From an uncultured Myxococcales bacterium (GTDB lineage Bacteria > Myxococcota_A > Polyangia > GCA-2747355 > CAZCFB01), in NCBI GenBank assembly GCA_964511535.1, contig CAZEFW010000015.1, forward strand, positions 3,754 to 67,753: DNA of 64,000 nucleotides, read 5' to 3'. Below are positions 48,958 through 59,568 of the stretch, piece after piece. A program made the position numbers and the translations under genes. The first letter of the stretch is position 1, and each line of letters opens with the position of its first letter. Under the pieces are notes generated by a model. That model saw only the letters and a list, made by a program, of their open reading frames with translations. It was not told the DNA's origin and searched no databases.

Positions 48958-50448
48958 GTGGCGGCGAACAGGGACCTCATCCTCTACAGCCTGCTGCTGG
49001 TCTGCGTGGCCGGGCTGCAGGTGCTGCTGGTGCTGGGCCAGGGACATGGCCCACCGCCGGGGGATCTGCACGACCTGCTCAAGGGGCCGGAGCTGTGGCA
49101 GACCCACGGGGGCGAGCTCCCTCCCCTGGCCCGGGTGTTCGGCAGCTACGGCGCCTGCGATGACTACCCGCCCCCGTTGATGCTGGTGGGTCAGCTGGCA
49201 TTCCTGGTCGCCACCGGCTCACCGCGGCTGCTGCCCCTGCTCAACCTGCTCTACCTGGCCGGGTTCGGCCTGTTCTTCTGGCTGCTGGTGCGGCGAGTGT
49301 CCGGGCCCGCGGCTGCGCTGCTGGCGCTGGTGATGTTCTTCTCCCGGCCGGCCTCCCTCTGGGCGGCCCTGGCCATCGGCCCCGAGGCGCCGCTGCTCTG
49401 TCTGCTGAGCGCGCTGTTCTACCTGCTGCACCGCTGGCGCGCCGACCTGCGGCGTCCTCTGTGGCCGGCCCTGGCCGCCCTCTGCCTGGGGCTCGTCTCG
49501 CTGACCAAGGTCACCTTCTTCCTGCACGCGGCCGCGCCGACGCTGCTGGTGCTCTGGTGGAGCCGCCGGGAACGAAGGGGGGTCGCGCTCTTCGTGGGGG
49601 TGGCGTTGCTCTGCTGCTTGCCCTGGTACCTGGCCCACCTGCCCGAGCTGATGTGCTACGTCTCGAGCAACCTGCAACCGTCGGACGGCGCCGACATGGC
49701 CGGGGACTTCCTGTTCAAGGAGTTCCTCCCATCGGCCGCGGCCCGCGCGCTGGGGGCCCTGGCCGCCCCGGGCCTGGCCGCCCTGCTGGCGGCGGTGCTG
49801 TGGCGCTCCTCGTCGACGAAGCCGGGCAAGGGGCCGGCGTTCCTGGCGGCCTGCTGCGTGCCGGCGCTGGGGTTGATCTGGATCGCCAGCTCCCTGGGCC
49901 GCTTTCAGCTGCTGGAGCTCACCGTGGCGCTGCCCTTTGCGCTGGCCCTGGCGTCACACCTGATCATCAGCCGGGGCGGCGTGGTGGCGCGCAGCCTGGC
50001 GTTCCTGGTGGCCGGCGTGCTGCTCGTGGCCAACCTGTCCAACTTCATCCCGGAGGGACGCCTGGAGCGGGCCCTGGGCGGTGGCGCGAACCCGGGCGCG
50101 ATGTTGGACGAGACCACCCTGCACGAGGCAGTGGCGCGGCAGGTGCTGACGCGGCGGGTGCTGACGCAGCAGGCTCCTGCCGGCGGCCATGTTCTCCTGG
50201 TCAACGCGGCCGACCTTCCCAACCGGGTGATGCTGGATCCCATCTGCTTCTGGTGGGCAGCCATGACCCTGGGCCACGACCTGGAGTTCCGCTGCCAGGG
50301 CTGCCGCCCGGAGCGCTACGAGATGCAGCGCGAGCTGAAGCCTGCCGCCGGCGAGCCGGCGGTGAAGGTGATCTTCGGCGAAGAGGGCGCGCTACGCGTG
50401 CGAGCGGGCGTGCTGGCGCCGGCAGAGGTTGGCGTGAGGTTCGAGTAG
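48958..50448 (+). CDS. Polytopic membrane protein, glycosyltransferase family 39/83-like (ArnT/PMT-type)
   Basis: About 11 TM helices with an N-terminal DxD-like loop and a C-terminal soluble domain; call from architecture only. Confidence 0.45.
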   Translation: MAANRDLILYSLLLVCVAGLQVLLVLGQGHGPPPGDLHDLLKGPELWQTHGGELPPLARVFGSYGACDDYPPPLMLVGQLAFLVATGSPRLLPLLNLLYLAGFGLFFWLLVRRVSGPAAALLALVMFFSRPASLWAALAIGPEAPLLCLLSALFYLLHRWRADLRRPLWPALAALCLGLVSLTKVTFFLHAAAPTLLVLWWSRRERRGVALFVGVALLCCLPWYLAHLPELMCYVSSNLQPSDGADMAGDFLFKEFLPSAAARALGALAAPGLAALLAAVLWRSSSTKPGKGPAFLAACCVPALGLIWIASSLGRFQLLELTVALPFALALASHLIISRGGVVARSLAFLVAGVLLVANLSNFIPEGRLERALGGGANPGAMLDETTLHEAVARQVLTRRVLTQQAPAGGHVLLVNAADLPNRVMLDPICFWWAAMTLGHDLEFRCQGCRPERYEMQRELKPAAGEPAVKVIFGEEGALRVRAGVLAPAEVGVRFE

Positions 50449-50559
50449 AAGATGAGGATGGCTTCAGACTTCAGGCTTCAGGCTTCAGGTGTGATTGCCT
50501 TGGCACTTCAGCCTGAAGCCCGAGGCCTGAAGCCCGAAGCCGCAGCCGCGCAGCGGCTG

Positions 50560-50562
<3 letters not shown>
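50449..50562. terminator. Long imperfect palindrome built from family-1 heptamer repeats, plus a perfect 8-bp stem (GCAGCCGC/GCGGCTGC), between convergent genes; probable bidirectional terminator
   Basis: Arms GGCTTCAGACTTCAGGCTTCAGGCTTCAGG and CCTGAAGCCCGAGGCCTGAAGCCCGAAGCC. Confidence 0.5.
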
Positions 50563-51075
<513 letters not shown>

Positions 51076-51126
51076 TGTGGTCGCTCCTTGTGATCGGGTC
51101 TTGGTCAAATGAGTTGGGAGTATGGC

Positions 51127-51582
51127 TCAGGCTCGGGCGCGGCGCACGTTGTACACACCGCTGCCCGTGGTGATGATTCTGTCGGGGTTCGAGCGCGCCC
51201 AGACCTTCATGGAGGTGGCGCCCACGTGGTTGCCGATGCGCACCACCACGGCCTCGCAGATCAGGTCTTCAAGGGGGCCGGGCCGCAGGTAATCCACCCG
51301 CAGGTCCACCGTGGAGACCCGGTCGCTGGGCCGCGCGGCGCACCACACCGCGGCGCCGCCGCAGGTGTCCACCAGGGTGCTCATGGCGCCGCCGTGCATG
51401 GCCGGCCTGAACGGATCGCCGATGAGCTCGTCGCGGAACGGCAACTCCATCACCGCGCGGCCGCCGCCGATCTCCAGCAGGTGGATGCCGAGGAACTTGT
51501 TGAACGGCACCTGCTCGTCCATGAATTTGGTGACGCGGGCGTTGACCTCGCTCATGTCCATGTCGGGGTTGTCGTCGGGCAT
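51127..51582 (-). CDS. PaaI/YbgC-type hotdog-fold thioesterase
   Basis: Pattern LG....E.G.G.AV.EL.....L....G..HGGA..TL.D. Confidence 0.7.
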   Translation of the reverse strand: MPDDNPDMDMSEVNARVTKFMDEQVPFNKFLGIHLLEIGGGRAVMELPFRDELIGDPFRPAMHGGAMSTLVDTCGGAAVWCAARPSDRVSTVDLRVDYLRPGPLEDLICEAVVVRIGNHVGATSMKVWARSNPDRIITTGSGVYNVRRARA

Positions 51583-51595
51583 GTCGGTCAGGACC

Positions 51596-52813
51596 CTACA
51601 CCCAGTTGCGCAGCACGAGCAAGGTCAGGTGGATGCCCCCCATGAGGCCGCCGAGCAGCGCGCCGTAGATCACCAGGTATATCTCCTCGGCGGCGAACAG
51701 CTGGCGGATGAACTGCTCGAAGCGCAGCTTCGGCAGCGCCACCACCTTCTTGACCAGGATGTCGTGCACGTCGAGCTGACGCGCGGCCGCTTCCACCACT
51801 CGCTCCAGCGCGGCGGGCAGCTCATCCCGGTACAGCTCCAGCAGCCGCTGGCGCAGCTCCTCTTGCTGCTCGGGCTTGAGCGTGGCGTTGACCAGCCCCT
51901 GCACCGCGGGCATGCGCTGGTAGAGCGCCTGCTCCAGCTGCCCTGCCAGCTCCGGGGAAGCGGCGTCGGGCAGGGCGCGCTCGGCCAGGCGGGAGAAGAT
52001 CTTCTCCGGCACGATGAACTGGTCGGCGGCGATGCTGGCCAGCTCGGTGGCGATCTCCTCCTGGCGTTTCGGGAACATGCCCTGGAACGAGAAGGGCCCC
52101 AGGTTCAGCGGCCGGCGCGGCACGAACAGCATCTTTATGGCCAGGAAGTTGGTCACCGCTCCCACCACCATGCCCATGACCACCAGCGACAGGCGCACCG
52201 GGAAGAAGGCGCTGACCGTGAACTGGATCAGACCGATGAGCAGGCCGAACACCCCGCCGTAGACGCGGATCCAGAACAGCTCCCCCTTGCCCAGCTCGCG
52301 GATGATGGCCACAAAGCGCGCCGGCCCCAGCTCCAGCAGCTTGTCCACGATGAGCTGGTTCAGGTCGAGCAGGCGGTCGGCCCGCGCGGCCAAACCCCCC
52401 AGGGCGCCGGGGAGCTCGGCGGCCATCTCCTGCTCCAGCCGGGCGCGGGCCTTGGCCACCACCCGTTCGCCCAGCAGCATCTCGGCCTGGGCAGGCGGCA
52501 GCAGGGCCCTGAGATCCGCCAGCGCGCGGTCGAGCAGCGGCTCCAGCTGCGGCCGCACCTCCTCGAGCAGCCGCCCGGGATCGAGGCGCTGCACAAGCTC
52601 GCCGGTGGTCATGAAGTCGCCAGTGACCGCCGCGGCCATCTCCCCGCAGAAGAACTTGTGGTGCTTGGGCAGCACGCCCTGCCAGCGAAACCCGAGGTAG
52701 CGCCGCGGCTCGATGGGGAAGAAGATCATCCGCACCGCGATGACGTTGGTCACCCACCCCACCAGCGCGAAGAAGCAGGGGAAGATGATCAGGAGCCCGT
52801 ACCAGGGAATCAT
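51596..52813 (-). CDS. DUF445-family membrane protein
   Basis: N- and C-terminal TM helices with a central helical region. Start at MIPWYG; track ORF extends to 53005. Confidence 0.55.
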   Translation of the reverse strand: MIPWYGLLIIFPCFFALVGWVTNVIAVRMIFFPIEPRRYLGFRWQGVLPKHHKFFCGEMAAAVTGDFMTTGELVQRLDPGRLLEEVRPQLEPLLDRALADLRALLPPAQAEMLLGERVVAKARARLEQEMAAELPGALGGLAARADRLLDLNQLIVDKLLELGPARFVAIIRELGKGELFWIRVYGGVFGLLIGLIQFTVSAFFPVRLSLVVMGMVVGAVTNFLAIKMLFVPRRPLNLGPFSFQGMFPKRQEEIATELASIAADQFIVPEKIFSRLAERALPDAASPELAGQLEQALYQRMPAVQGLVNATLKPEQQEELRQRLLELYRDELPAALERVVEAAARQLDVHDILVKKVVALPKLRFEQFIRQLFAAEEIYLVIYGALLGGLMGGIHLTLLVLRNWV

Positions 52814-52913
52814 GCTGACTCGGATTCTACGGCGCGCTCCCGCGAGGGGCCACAACAACCGCTGCCCCCTCAAAATGTCAAGTAGGGGGGTCTGACCCCT
52901 ACACTTGACATTT

Positions 52914-53873
52914 TTACTGGGGGAAGATGACTTCCAGCAGGCGGGCGCCGCCGGCGCCTGCCGCCACGCGCGCGGGGCGGCACGCGGCGGGGAGCAGCAC
53001 CACATCGCCCAGGCCGCAGGTCTCCTCGAACACGCACGCTTCGAGCCGCGCGCCGCCGTACAGGCCCACCACCACCACCGGCCCCTCCTCCGCGATGGTC
53101 GCGGTCTCGCCCGGCGTCAGGTCCACCAGGCGGAACCTGAACATCGCCACCGGCACGCTGCCGGTGCGGATGATGGGCGGCGGCGCCTCGCCGAAGTGGA
53201 TGCTCTGCAGGGCCTGCTCAACATGGAGGTCGCGCGGTTTGCCGTCCAGGCCCAGCCGCCCCCAGTCGTAGACCCGGTAGGTGGTGTCCGAGGGCTGCTG
53301 CACTTCTGCCAGCAGCACGCCGGCGCCGATGGCGTGCACGGTGCCCGGTGGCACCGGAACCAGATCCCCCGGCTCCACCTGTTCGGCCTCCAGCAGCTGC
53401 TCCACCTCGCCCGAGGCCAGGGCCGCGGCCAGCGCCTCGCGGTCCGTGCCCTGCTTCAGCCCACGGTAGATCACGCCGCCAGGCTGCACGCCGAGGATGT
53501 ACCACGCCTCGCTCTTGGGTCTCCCCCCCAGCTTCGCCGCCGTCTCTGCGTCCGGGTGTACCTGCACGCTCAGGGTCTGGCAGGCGTCCAGGTACTTGAC
53601 CAGCAGCGGGAAGCGACCGCCGTCCAGGCCGGCGCTGCCCATGAGGAGCGGCCCCCAGCTGTGAATCAACTGCTCGAGGCTGGCACCCCTGGCCGGCCCG
53701 GCACGCACCACGCTCTGATCGCCGGGCAGGTCCACCAGGTCCCAGCTCTCCCCCACTGGCCCGTCGCCGGGCAGGGTCTTGTTGACATCCACCAGCCGCC
53801 TGCCCCCCCACACCTTGTCCTTGAGGATCGGTTCGAAGGTCAGGGGGTACGGATCCACCTGTTTGAGATCCAT
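52914..53873 (-). CDS. manA: Mannose-6-phosphate isomerase, class I (cupin)
   Basis: Motifs KVWGG, SWDLVDLP, QVHPD, SEAWYIL; GGAG RBS before the ATG at 53873. Confidence 0.75.
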   Translation of the reverse strand: MDLKQVDPYPLTFEPILKDKVWGGRRLVDVNKTLPGDGPVGESWDLVDLPGDQSVVRAGPARGASLEQLIHSWGPLLMGSAGLDGGRFPLLVKYLDACQTLSVQVHPDAETAAKLGGRPKSEAWYILGVQPGGVIYRGLKQGTDREALAAALASGEVEQLLEAEQVEPGDLVPVPPGTVHAIGAGVLLAEVQQPSDTTYRVYDWGRLGLDGKPRDLHVEQALQSIHFGEAPPPIIRTGSVPVAMFRFRLVDLTPGETATIAEEGPVVVVGLYGGARLEACVFEETCGLGDVVLLPAACRPARVAAGAGGARLLEVIFPQ

Positions 53874-54008
53874 CGATTGTCTCCAGTCCGGGCCACGCCA
53901 CTCGCCCAATGACGTTTATACCAGCCTCGTCATTTTGGTCCATCTCGCCGCAGCGCGTCGTAAGGGCAGCCGTAAGATACTGACCGGACAGTCATTTTCG
54001 CTACCCTG

Positions 54009-54037
54009 TTGACGATACTCGCAAAAATCGCTATGAC
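54009..54037 (+). promoter_or_regulatory. Candidate sigma70-like promoter (TTGACG - 17 bp - TATGAC) upstream of the beta-oxidation operon
   Basis: Hexamers and spacing seen in sequence, about 100 nt upstream of ATG 54141. Confidence 0.25.
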
Positions 54038-54140
54038 TCGCCGTGTCAAACGTATGAGTCCATCGAACAAAAAGAGCGAGGCGAACGGAGCCAGAGAGTC
54101 TGGCAGCCGTGAAGGCCTCGCGTATTCCTAAGGAGAGATC

Positions 54141-56540
54141 ATGGCTCAGAGGATCAAGACTGTCGCCGTGCTCGGCTCCGGCGTGATGGGAAGCGGAATA
54201 GCGGCCCATCTTGCCGGCGTCGGCCTGAAGACCCTGCTGCTGGACATCGTTCCGCCCGAGTTCACCGAGGCGGACCAGAAGAAGGGCCTCACCCAGGATG
54301 ACCCTGCCTTCAGGAACAAGTTCGCCTTAAGCAACATCGCGGCGGCCAAGAAGTCCAAGCCGCCGGTCTTCTACAACACCGAGGACGCCGAGTTCATCCA
54401 CGCCGGCAACTTCGACGACGACCTGGACAAGATCGCCGAGTGCGACTGGATCGTCGAGGCCATCATCGAGCGGCTGGACATCAAGCAGCAGCTGTTCGCA
54501 AAGCTCGACGCCATCCGCAAGCCGGGCTCCCTGATCACGTCCAACACCAGCGGGCTGTCCATCAAGGGTATGTGCGAGGGGCGCACCGACGACTTCCGCC
54601 AGAACTTCTTCGTGACCCACTTCTTCAACCCGGTGCGCTTCATGCGCCTGCTGGAGCTGGTGGCTGGCGAGGAGACCAACCTCGACGCCATGCACAGCTT
54701 CGCCCAGTTCGGCGCCGACGTGCTGGGCAAGGGCATCGTCTACGGCAAGGACACGCCCAACTTCATCGCCAACCGCATCGGCACCTACGGCATGATGTAC
54801 CTGCTCAACGCCATGGTGGAGCAGGACTTCACCATCGGCGAGATCGACGCCCTGTTCGGCCCGGCGTCGGGGCGTCCCAAGAGCGCCGTGTTCCGCACCG
54901 CCGATCTGGTGGGCCTCGACACCCTCGCTCACGTGGCGCAGAACTGCTACGACAGCCTCACCGAGGACGAGTGCCGCGACACCTTCAAGATGCCGCAGTT
55001 CGTGCTCGACATGATCGACAAGGGGATGCTCGGCTCCAAGACCAAGGGCGGCTTCTACAAGAAGATCGACGGCAAGATCTGCGCCCTCGACTGGAAGACC
55101 GGCGAGTACGCGCCCAAGGAGAAGGTCCGGGCCGACTCCATCGGCGCCGCCCGCGGCGTGGAGGACGTGGGCAAGCGCATCAAGACCCTGGTCAACGGCA
55201 CCGACCGGTTCGCCCAGCTGGCCTGGGAGTGCACGGCCCAGACCCTGATCTACTCCGCCAACAGGCTGGGTGAGATCGCCGACGACGTGGTCAACTGCGA
55301 CCGCGCCATGCGCTGGGGCTTCGCCTGGGATCTCGGGCCGTTCCAGACCTGGGACGCCATCGGCGTGGCCGAGAGCTGCGAGCGCATGGCCAAGGACGGC
55401 TACGAGGTGCCCAAGCTGGTCACCGAGATGCTGGACAAGGGCGTGACCTCTTTTTATGGCGGCACCGCGGTCAAGCCGCTGTACTACGACGTGGTCAAGA
55501 AGGAGGAGGTGCCCAAGCCAGTGGACGCGCGCCTCATCACCCTGGCCGCGCTCAAGGAGCAGGACAAGGTGCTGGAGCAGAACGCTGGCGCCACCATGTA
55601 CGACATGGGCGACGGTGTCCTGCTGCTGGAGTTCCACACCAAGATGAACGCGGTGGACGATGACATCATCGCGATGATCCACAAGACCATCGACAAGGCC
55701 GAGGATGAGGGCTGGAACGGCGTGGTCATCGGCAACGAGGGCAAGGACGCCTTCAGCGCCGGCGCCAACATCTTCGCCGTGATGATGGCGATCCAGATGG
55801 GCCAGTGGGACCAGCTGGAGCAGATGATCAACAGCTTCCAGCAGTCCACCCTGCGCCTGCGTCAGTCGGACATCCCGGTGGTCACCGCGCCTGCGGGCCT
55901 GGCCCTGGGTGGCGGCGCCGAGATCGTCATGGGCGCCGACCGCGTGCGCGCCTTCGCCGAGCTGTACATGGGCCTGGTGGAGCTGGGCGTGGGCCTCATC
56001 CCGGCCGGCGGCGGCTGCCTCGAGCTGCTGGAGCGCTTCATGGAAGGCGCGCCGGACGACCCGAGCTTCAACCCGCTGCCGCTGATCCAGGGCGCGTTCA
56101 TGAACATCGGCATGGCCAAGGTGTGCGTGGGCGCCGAGGAGGGGCGCAAGTTCGGCATGCTGCGGCCGCATGATCAGATCACCCTCAACAAGGACCGGCT
56201 GTTCCACGACGCCAAGGAGACGGCGCTCGGCATGGCGCGGGCAGGTTACCGCCAGCCGCGGCCGGCCAAGTTCCGCCTGCCCGGCGAGAACGGCGCCACG
56301 GCGATCCGCTGGTTCCTCGACGGCATGATGCGCGGCGGGCAGATCACCGAGCACGAGTACCTGATGGCCGGCAAGCTGGCCCGGGTGCTGTGCGGCGGCG
56401 ACACGTCCTGCCGTGTCAAGGTTGGTCAGCAGCACATCCTCGACCTGGAGCGTGAGACGTTCCTGTCGCTGTGCGGCGAGACCAAGAGTCAGGAGCGGAT
56501 CCAGCACATGCTGACCAAGAACAAGCCGCTGCGTAACTAG
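54141..56540 (+). CDS. Bifunctional 3-hydroxyacyl-CoA dehydrogenase (N-terminal) / enoyl-CoA hydratase (C-terminal), FadN-type domain order
   Basis: AAGGAGAG RBS; NAD-binding motif VAVLGSGVMGSGIAAHLA; C-terminal crotonase-fold region. Confidence 0.9.
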   Translation: MAQRIKTVAVLGSGVMGSGIAAHLAGVGLKTLLLDIVPPEFTEADQKKGLTQDDPAFRNKFALSNIAAAKKSKPPVFYNTEDAEFIHAGNFDDDLDKIAECDWIVEAIIERLDIKQQLFAKLDAIRKPGSLITSNTSGLSIKGMCEGRTDDFRQNFFVTHFFNPVRFMRLLELVAGEETNLDAMHSFAQFGADVLGKGIVYGKDTPNFIANRIGTYGMMYLLNAMVEQDFTIGEIDALFGPASGRPKSAVFRTADLVGLDTLAHVAQNCYDSLTEDECRDTFKMPQFVLDMIDKGMLGSKTKGGFYKKIDGKICALDWKTGEYAPKEKVRADSIGAARGVEDVGKRIKTLVNGTDRFAQLAWECTAQTLIYSANRLGEIADDVVNCDRAMRWGFAWDLGPFQTWDAIGVAESCERMAKDGYEVPKLVTEMLDKGVTSFYGGTAVKPLYYDVVKKEEVPKPVDARLITLAALKEQDKVLEQNAGATMYDMGDGVLLLEFHTKMNAVDDDIIAMIHKTIDKAEDEGWNGVVIGNEGKDAFSAGANIFAVMMAIQMGQWDQLEQMINSFQQSTLRLRQSDIPVVTAPAGLALGGGAEIVMGADRVRAFAELYMGLVELGVGLIPAGGGCLELLERFMEGAPDDPSFNPLPLIQGAFMNIGMAKVCVGAEEGRKFGMLRPHDQITLNKDRLFHDAKETALGMARAGYRQPRPAKFRLPGENGATAIRWFLDGMMRGGQITEHEYLMAGKLARVLCGGDTSCRVKVGQQHILDLERETFLSLCGETKSQERIQHMLTKNKPLRN

Positions 56541-56569
56541 AGCGGCTTGGACCGATAAAGGAGAATCAG

Positions 56570-57733
56570 ATGCGAGATATCGCTGTCGTTTCCATAGCCC
56601 GGACGCCGGTGGCCAAAGCCCTCAAGGGGGGCTTCCGCGACACCCGCCCGGACACACTTCTCGGCCTCGCCATCAAGGAGGCCATCAACAGAGCCGAGGG
56701 GCTCGACCCGGCCGTACTGGGTGACGTCATCGCTGGCTGCGCCTTCCCCGAGGGCGACCAGGGCATGAACGTCGCCCGGGTGGCCAGCTTCCTGGCGGGC
56801 GTCCCCAACGAGGTGCCGGCCATGACCGTCAACCGGTTCTGCTCGTCGGGCATCCAGGCCATGGCCTCGGCCGCCGGGCGCATCGCCATGGGCGGCATCG
56901 ACGCGGCCATCGCGGGCGGCGTGGAGTGCATGAGCGCGGTGCCCATGGGCGGCGGCAAGCCGTCGGCCAACCCGGAGCTGTTCGAGCGTTACCCCGAGGC
57001 CTACGCCTCCATGGGCATCACCGCCGAGAACGTGGCCAAGAAATACGACGTCTCGCGGGAGGTCCAGGACGAGGTGGCCGCCAACAGCAACCAGCGCGCC
57101 TGCGCCGCCATCGAGGCGGGCAAGTTCGACAAGGAGACCTTCCCGGTGACCACCACCGTGTTCACCGACGACGGCCCCGAGGAGATCACCGTCACCACCG
57201 ACGAGGGCCCGCGCGCCGGCACCACCAAGGAAGGCCTGGCCAAGCTGCGCCCGGTGTTCGACGTCAAGGGCACGGTCACCGCGGGTAACGCCTCGCAGAT
57301 GAGCGACGGCGCGGCCGCAGCGGTGCTGATGACCGTGGAGAAGGCGGAGGAGCTCAACATCAAGCCGCTGGCAATCTTCCGCCACTTCGTGGTGGTGGGC
57401 TGCGATCCCGAGATCATGGGCATCGGGCCCCTGCCGGCCATCAAGAAGCTGTGGGAGACCTCCGGCCTCACCGACGCGGACATCCCGGTCTACGAGATCA
57501 ACGAGGCGTTCGCGGCCCAGGCCGCCTACTGCGTGCGCGAGCTCGGCATCGACCCGGCCAAGGTCAACCCCAACGGCGGGGCCATCGCCCTGGGCCACCC
57601 CCTGGGCGGCACCGGCGCCATCCTCTCGGCCAAGATCCTGCACGAGATGGAGCGCGAGGATCACCGCTTCGGCGTGGTGAGCATGTGCATCGGCGGCGGC
57701 ATGGGCGCCGCAGGCCTGTTCGAGCGGGTTTAG
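56570..57733 (+). CDS. fadA: Acetyl-CoA C-acyltransferase (3-ketoacyl-CoA thiolase)
   Basis: Thiolase motifs (NRFCSSG active-site Cys, [18 protein letters not shown]-terminal CIGGG). Confidence 0.9.
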   Translation: MRDIAVVSIARTPVAKALKGGFRDTRPDTLLGLAIKEAINRAEGLDPAVLGDVIAGCAFPEGDQGMNVARVASFLAGVPNEVPAMTVNRFCSSGIQAMASAAGRIAMGGIDAAIAGGVECMSAVPMGGGKPSANPELFERYPEAYASMGITAENVAKKYDVSREVQDEVAANSNQRACAAIEAGKFDKETFPVTTTVFTDDGPEEITVTTDEGPRAGTTKEGLAKLRPVFDVKGTVTAGNASQMSDGAAAAVLMTVEKAEELNIKPLAIFRHFVVVGCDPEIMGIGPLPAIKKLWETSGLTDADIPVYEINEAFAAQAAYCVRELGIDPAKVNPNGGAIALGHPLGGTGAILSAKILHEMEREDHRFGVVSMCIGGGMGAAGLFERV

Positions 57734-57813
57734 GGCTGGCCCCTGGCCGGCAGGCTTGAGGCTTCAGGCCTCGGGCGCAAATGAATCCTGCCCCCGGGCT
57801 TCGGTCCGGGGGC

Positions 57814-58494
57814 TTATTTCTTCCGCCCCATGAAGAACCCGTCGATCACCTCGATCTTGCCCTTGCTCTTGGCGCCCGGGTCGCGGCGGCGGGAGATGGT
57901 GTTCACCCTGAACACGCGGCTGCCGCTGTACATCTCGCGGTAGTTGCGCACGTGGGCGAAGTCATTGTCGTAGAAGGCCAGCGGCTTGCCGTGAGCCAAC
58001 ACCCGCGGCTTGGCGCTGCGCTTCCACAGGTCTCCCTTGAGGCGAGTGTCGTTCATGAGCAGGTGGTCCGCGCCGGCCACCGGCAGGCGCTTGCGCTTGA
58101 GCATGGCCGTGGTCTCGGCGCGCGCCTTCTCCTTGCGGGCCGTGAGGTAGACGATGGTGGCCCCGGCCTTGTGCAGAGACTTGACGTATTTCACCGCGCC
58201 ATACATCGCCCTGGACTTGCCGGTGGTGTGGTTCTTGCGCACGAGGGTGTCGTCGATGTCGAACACCACCACGGGCTTCTTGCCCGCGCGGGCCAGGCTC
58301 CGCACCTGGCGGTACACCTGCTTCAGCCGCAGGCGCCCCTGAGCCTTTGGCAGCGACTTGCTCAGCTGCTTTGACTTGTAGCCCTTCCAGACCCAGCCGC
58401 TGGCTCGGGCATGGGCGCAGGGCGATGCCAGCAAGACGGCCAGCAACAGGAGCAGCGGGGTGATGTTGGATTTGCGTGGCGACTGGAGTTGCAT
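57814..58494 (-). CDS. Secreted HAD-superfamily acid phosphatase-like protein (class B/IIIB-like)
   Basis: Signal peptide; DxDxT motif (VVFDIDDTL); K and DD motifs. ATG at 58494 is immediately preceded by TATATAAG. Confidence 0.65.
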   Translation of the reverse strand: MQLQSPRKSNITPLLLLLAVLLASPCAHARASGWVWKGYKSKQLSKSLPKAQGRLRLKQVYRQVRSLARAGKKPVVVFDIDDTLVRKNHTTGKSRAMYGAVKYVKSLHKAGATIVYLTARKEKARAETTAMLKRKRLPVAGADHLLMNDTRLKGDLWKRSAKPRVLAHGKPLAFYDNDFAHVRNYREMYSGSRVFRVNTISRRRDPGAKSKGKIEVIDGFFMGRKK

Positions 58495-58559
58495 GCCGCT
58501 TATATAAGCAACTCGCGTGCCCAATGGCCGCGGGGCAACTTTGGGCTGCGATCTCTCCT

Positions 58560-58703
58560 ACTTGGACGCCTGGGTGCTGTCGTCGCCCCTGGCGGCCCTC
58601 ACCGATATTCGAACGATCACGAACAACAGCCCCAGCAGGACCAGGGCCGCCGCGCCGCACACACCACGCCGATGATGACGCCGAGCATGATCGTTCTGCG
58701 CAT
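58560..58703 (-). CDS. Small membrane protein (47 aa, MRRTIMLGVIIGVVCAAAALVLLGLLFVIVRISV...)
   Basis: Manual translation; single TM helix; GGAGAG-like RBS. Confidence 0.3.
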
Positions 58704-58740
58704 GGGACTCTCCAGGGGTTTGGAGGATGGAGACCCCAGG

Positions 58741-59568
58741 TTATCGCTTCAGCTTCACCTCTTCCAGGATGACCGGGTACCGGTAGCCGTGGCCGAAGTC
58801 CTTGTCCACGCGCACCACCCCGGTGGCCACCACCACCTCGCCCAGCTTGGCGTCCTCGGCGGTGGTCAGCGTCAGGTCATGGGTGCCGGCTGCCGCGGCC
58901 CCCGAGCCGTCCTGCATGTGGAGCCAGTTGCGCCCCATGATGCCCCGGTTGATCTTGACCACCTTGCCCCGCACCGAGACCTTCTTGTCGGCCAGCGCCT
59001 TGCCCTGGCCGAAGATCTCCGCGATGGTCCGGCCGTCAACCCCCTCGGCCTTTTTCAGCGGTTCGCCGATGTCCATCACGGGCTGCTTGCGGGTGCCTGA
59101 TTTCTGTCCCCCGCCCGCCGTCGGCGGGTGACCGGCCGGCAGCTTGCCTGCCGGCGACGCGCCGCCGTGGCTCCCGCCCTCCCGCGCCAGGGCGCCGAAG
59201 TAGATCTCCTCGAAGGTGCGCTCCAGGCTCTTGCTCTTGAAGCCCTTCATCAGGGTGGGCCCCGAGATCGTCACCTCCTGGCCCACCTTCACCGCGCTCT
59301 TGCTCACCGCAGCCCACTTCTCCCCGCCGGTGGTCTTGAGCTTCATGTAGGTGTAGCCGCCGGAGTCCATGGTCTCCACCACGGCGCCAGAGAGCCTGCC
59401 GACCTCCGGCACCGGGACCGCCGCCGGATCACTCGGCGACGCCTTGACCGCGCCGGCGTGGGCGCCCTCCTCTTTGGCAGGCGCCTTCTCCTTCTTGCAC
59501 GCCCCCAGGGGCGCGAGCAGTGACAGGGTGAGCGTAAAGATTAGCTGGCGCATGGGTGTCCCTCTCAT
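58741..59568 (-). CDS. Lipoprotein, hypothetical (275 aa) with OB-fold-like C-terminal domain
   Basis: Lipobox LAPLGAC; the ATG overlaps the TGA of the NHL gene (ATGA). The track ORF 58741..60969 is a spurious upstream extension. Confidence 0.55.
   Translation of the reverse strand: MRGTPMRQLIFTLTLSLLAPLGACKKEKAPAKEEGAHAGAVKASPSDPAAVPVPEVGRLSGAVVETMDSGGYTYMKLKTTGGEKWAAVSKSAVKVGQEVTISGPTLMKGFKSKSLERTFEEIYFGALAREGGSHGGASPAGKLPAGHPPTAGGGQKSGTRKQPVMDIGEPLKKAEGVDGRTIAEIFGQGKALADKKVSVRGKVVKINRGIMGRNWLHMQDGSGAAAAGTHDLTLTTAEDAKLGEVVVATGVVRVDKDFGHGYRYPVILEEVKLKR

Noticed and set aside
58495-58524. Leaderless transcription of the HAD acid phosphatase gene (TATATAAG immediately upstream of its ATG)
   Set aside because: Based on a single -10-like hexamer with no -35 context; a TTG 30 nt upstream could also be the start.
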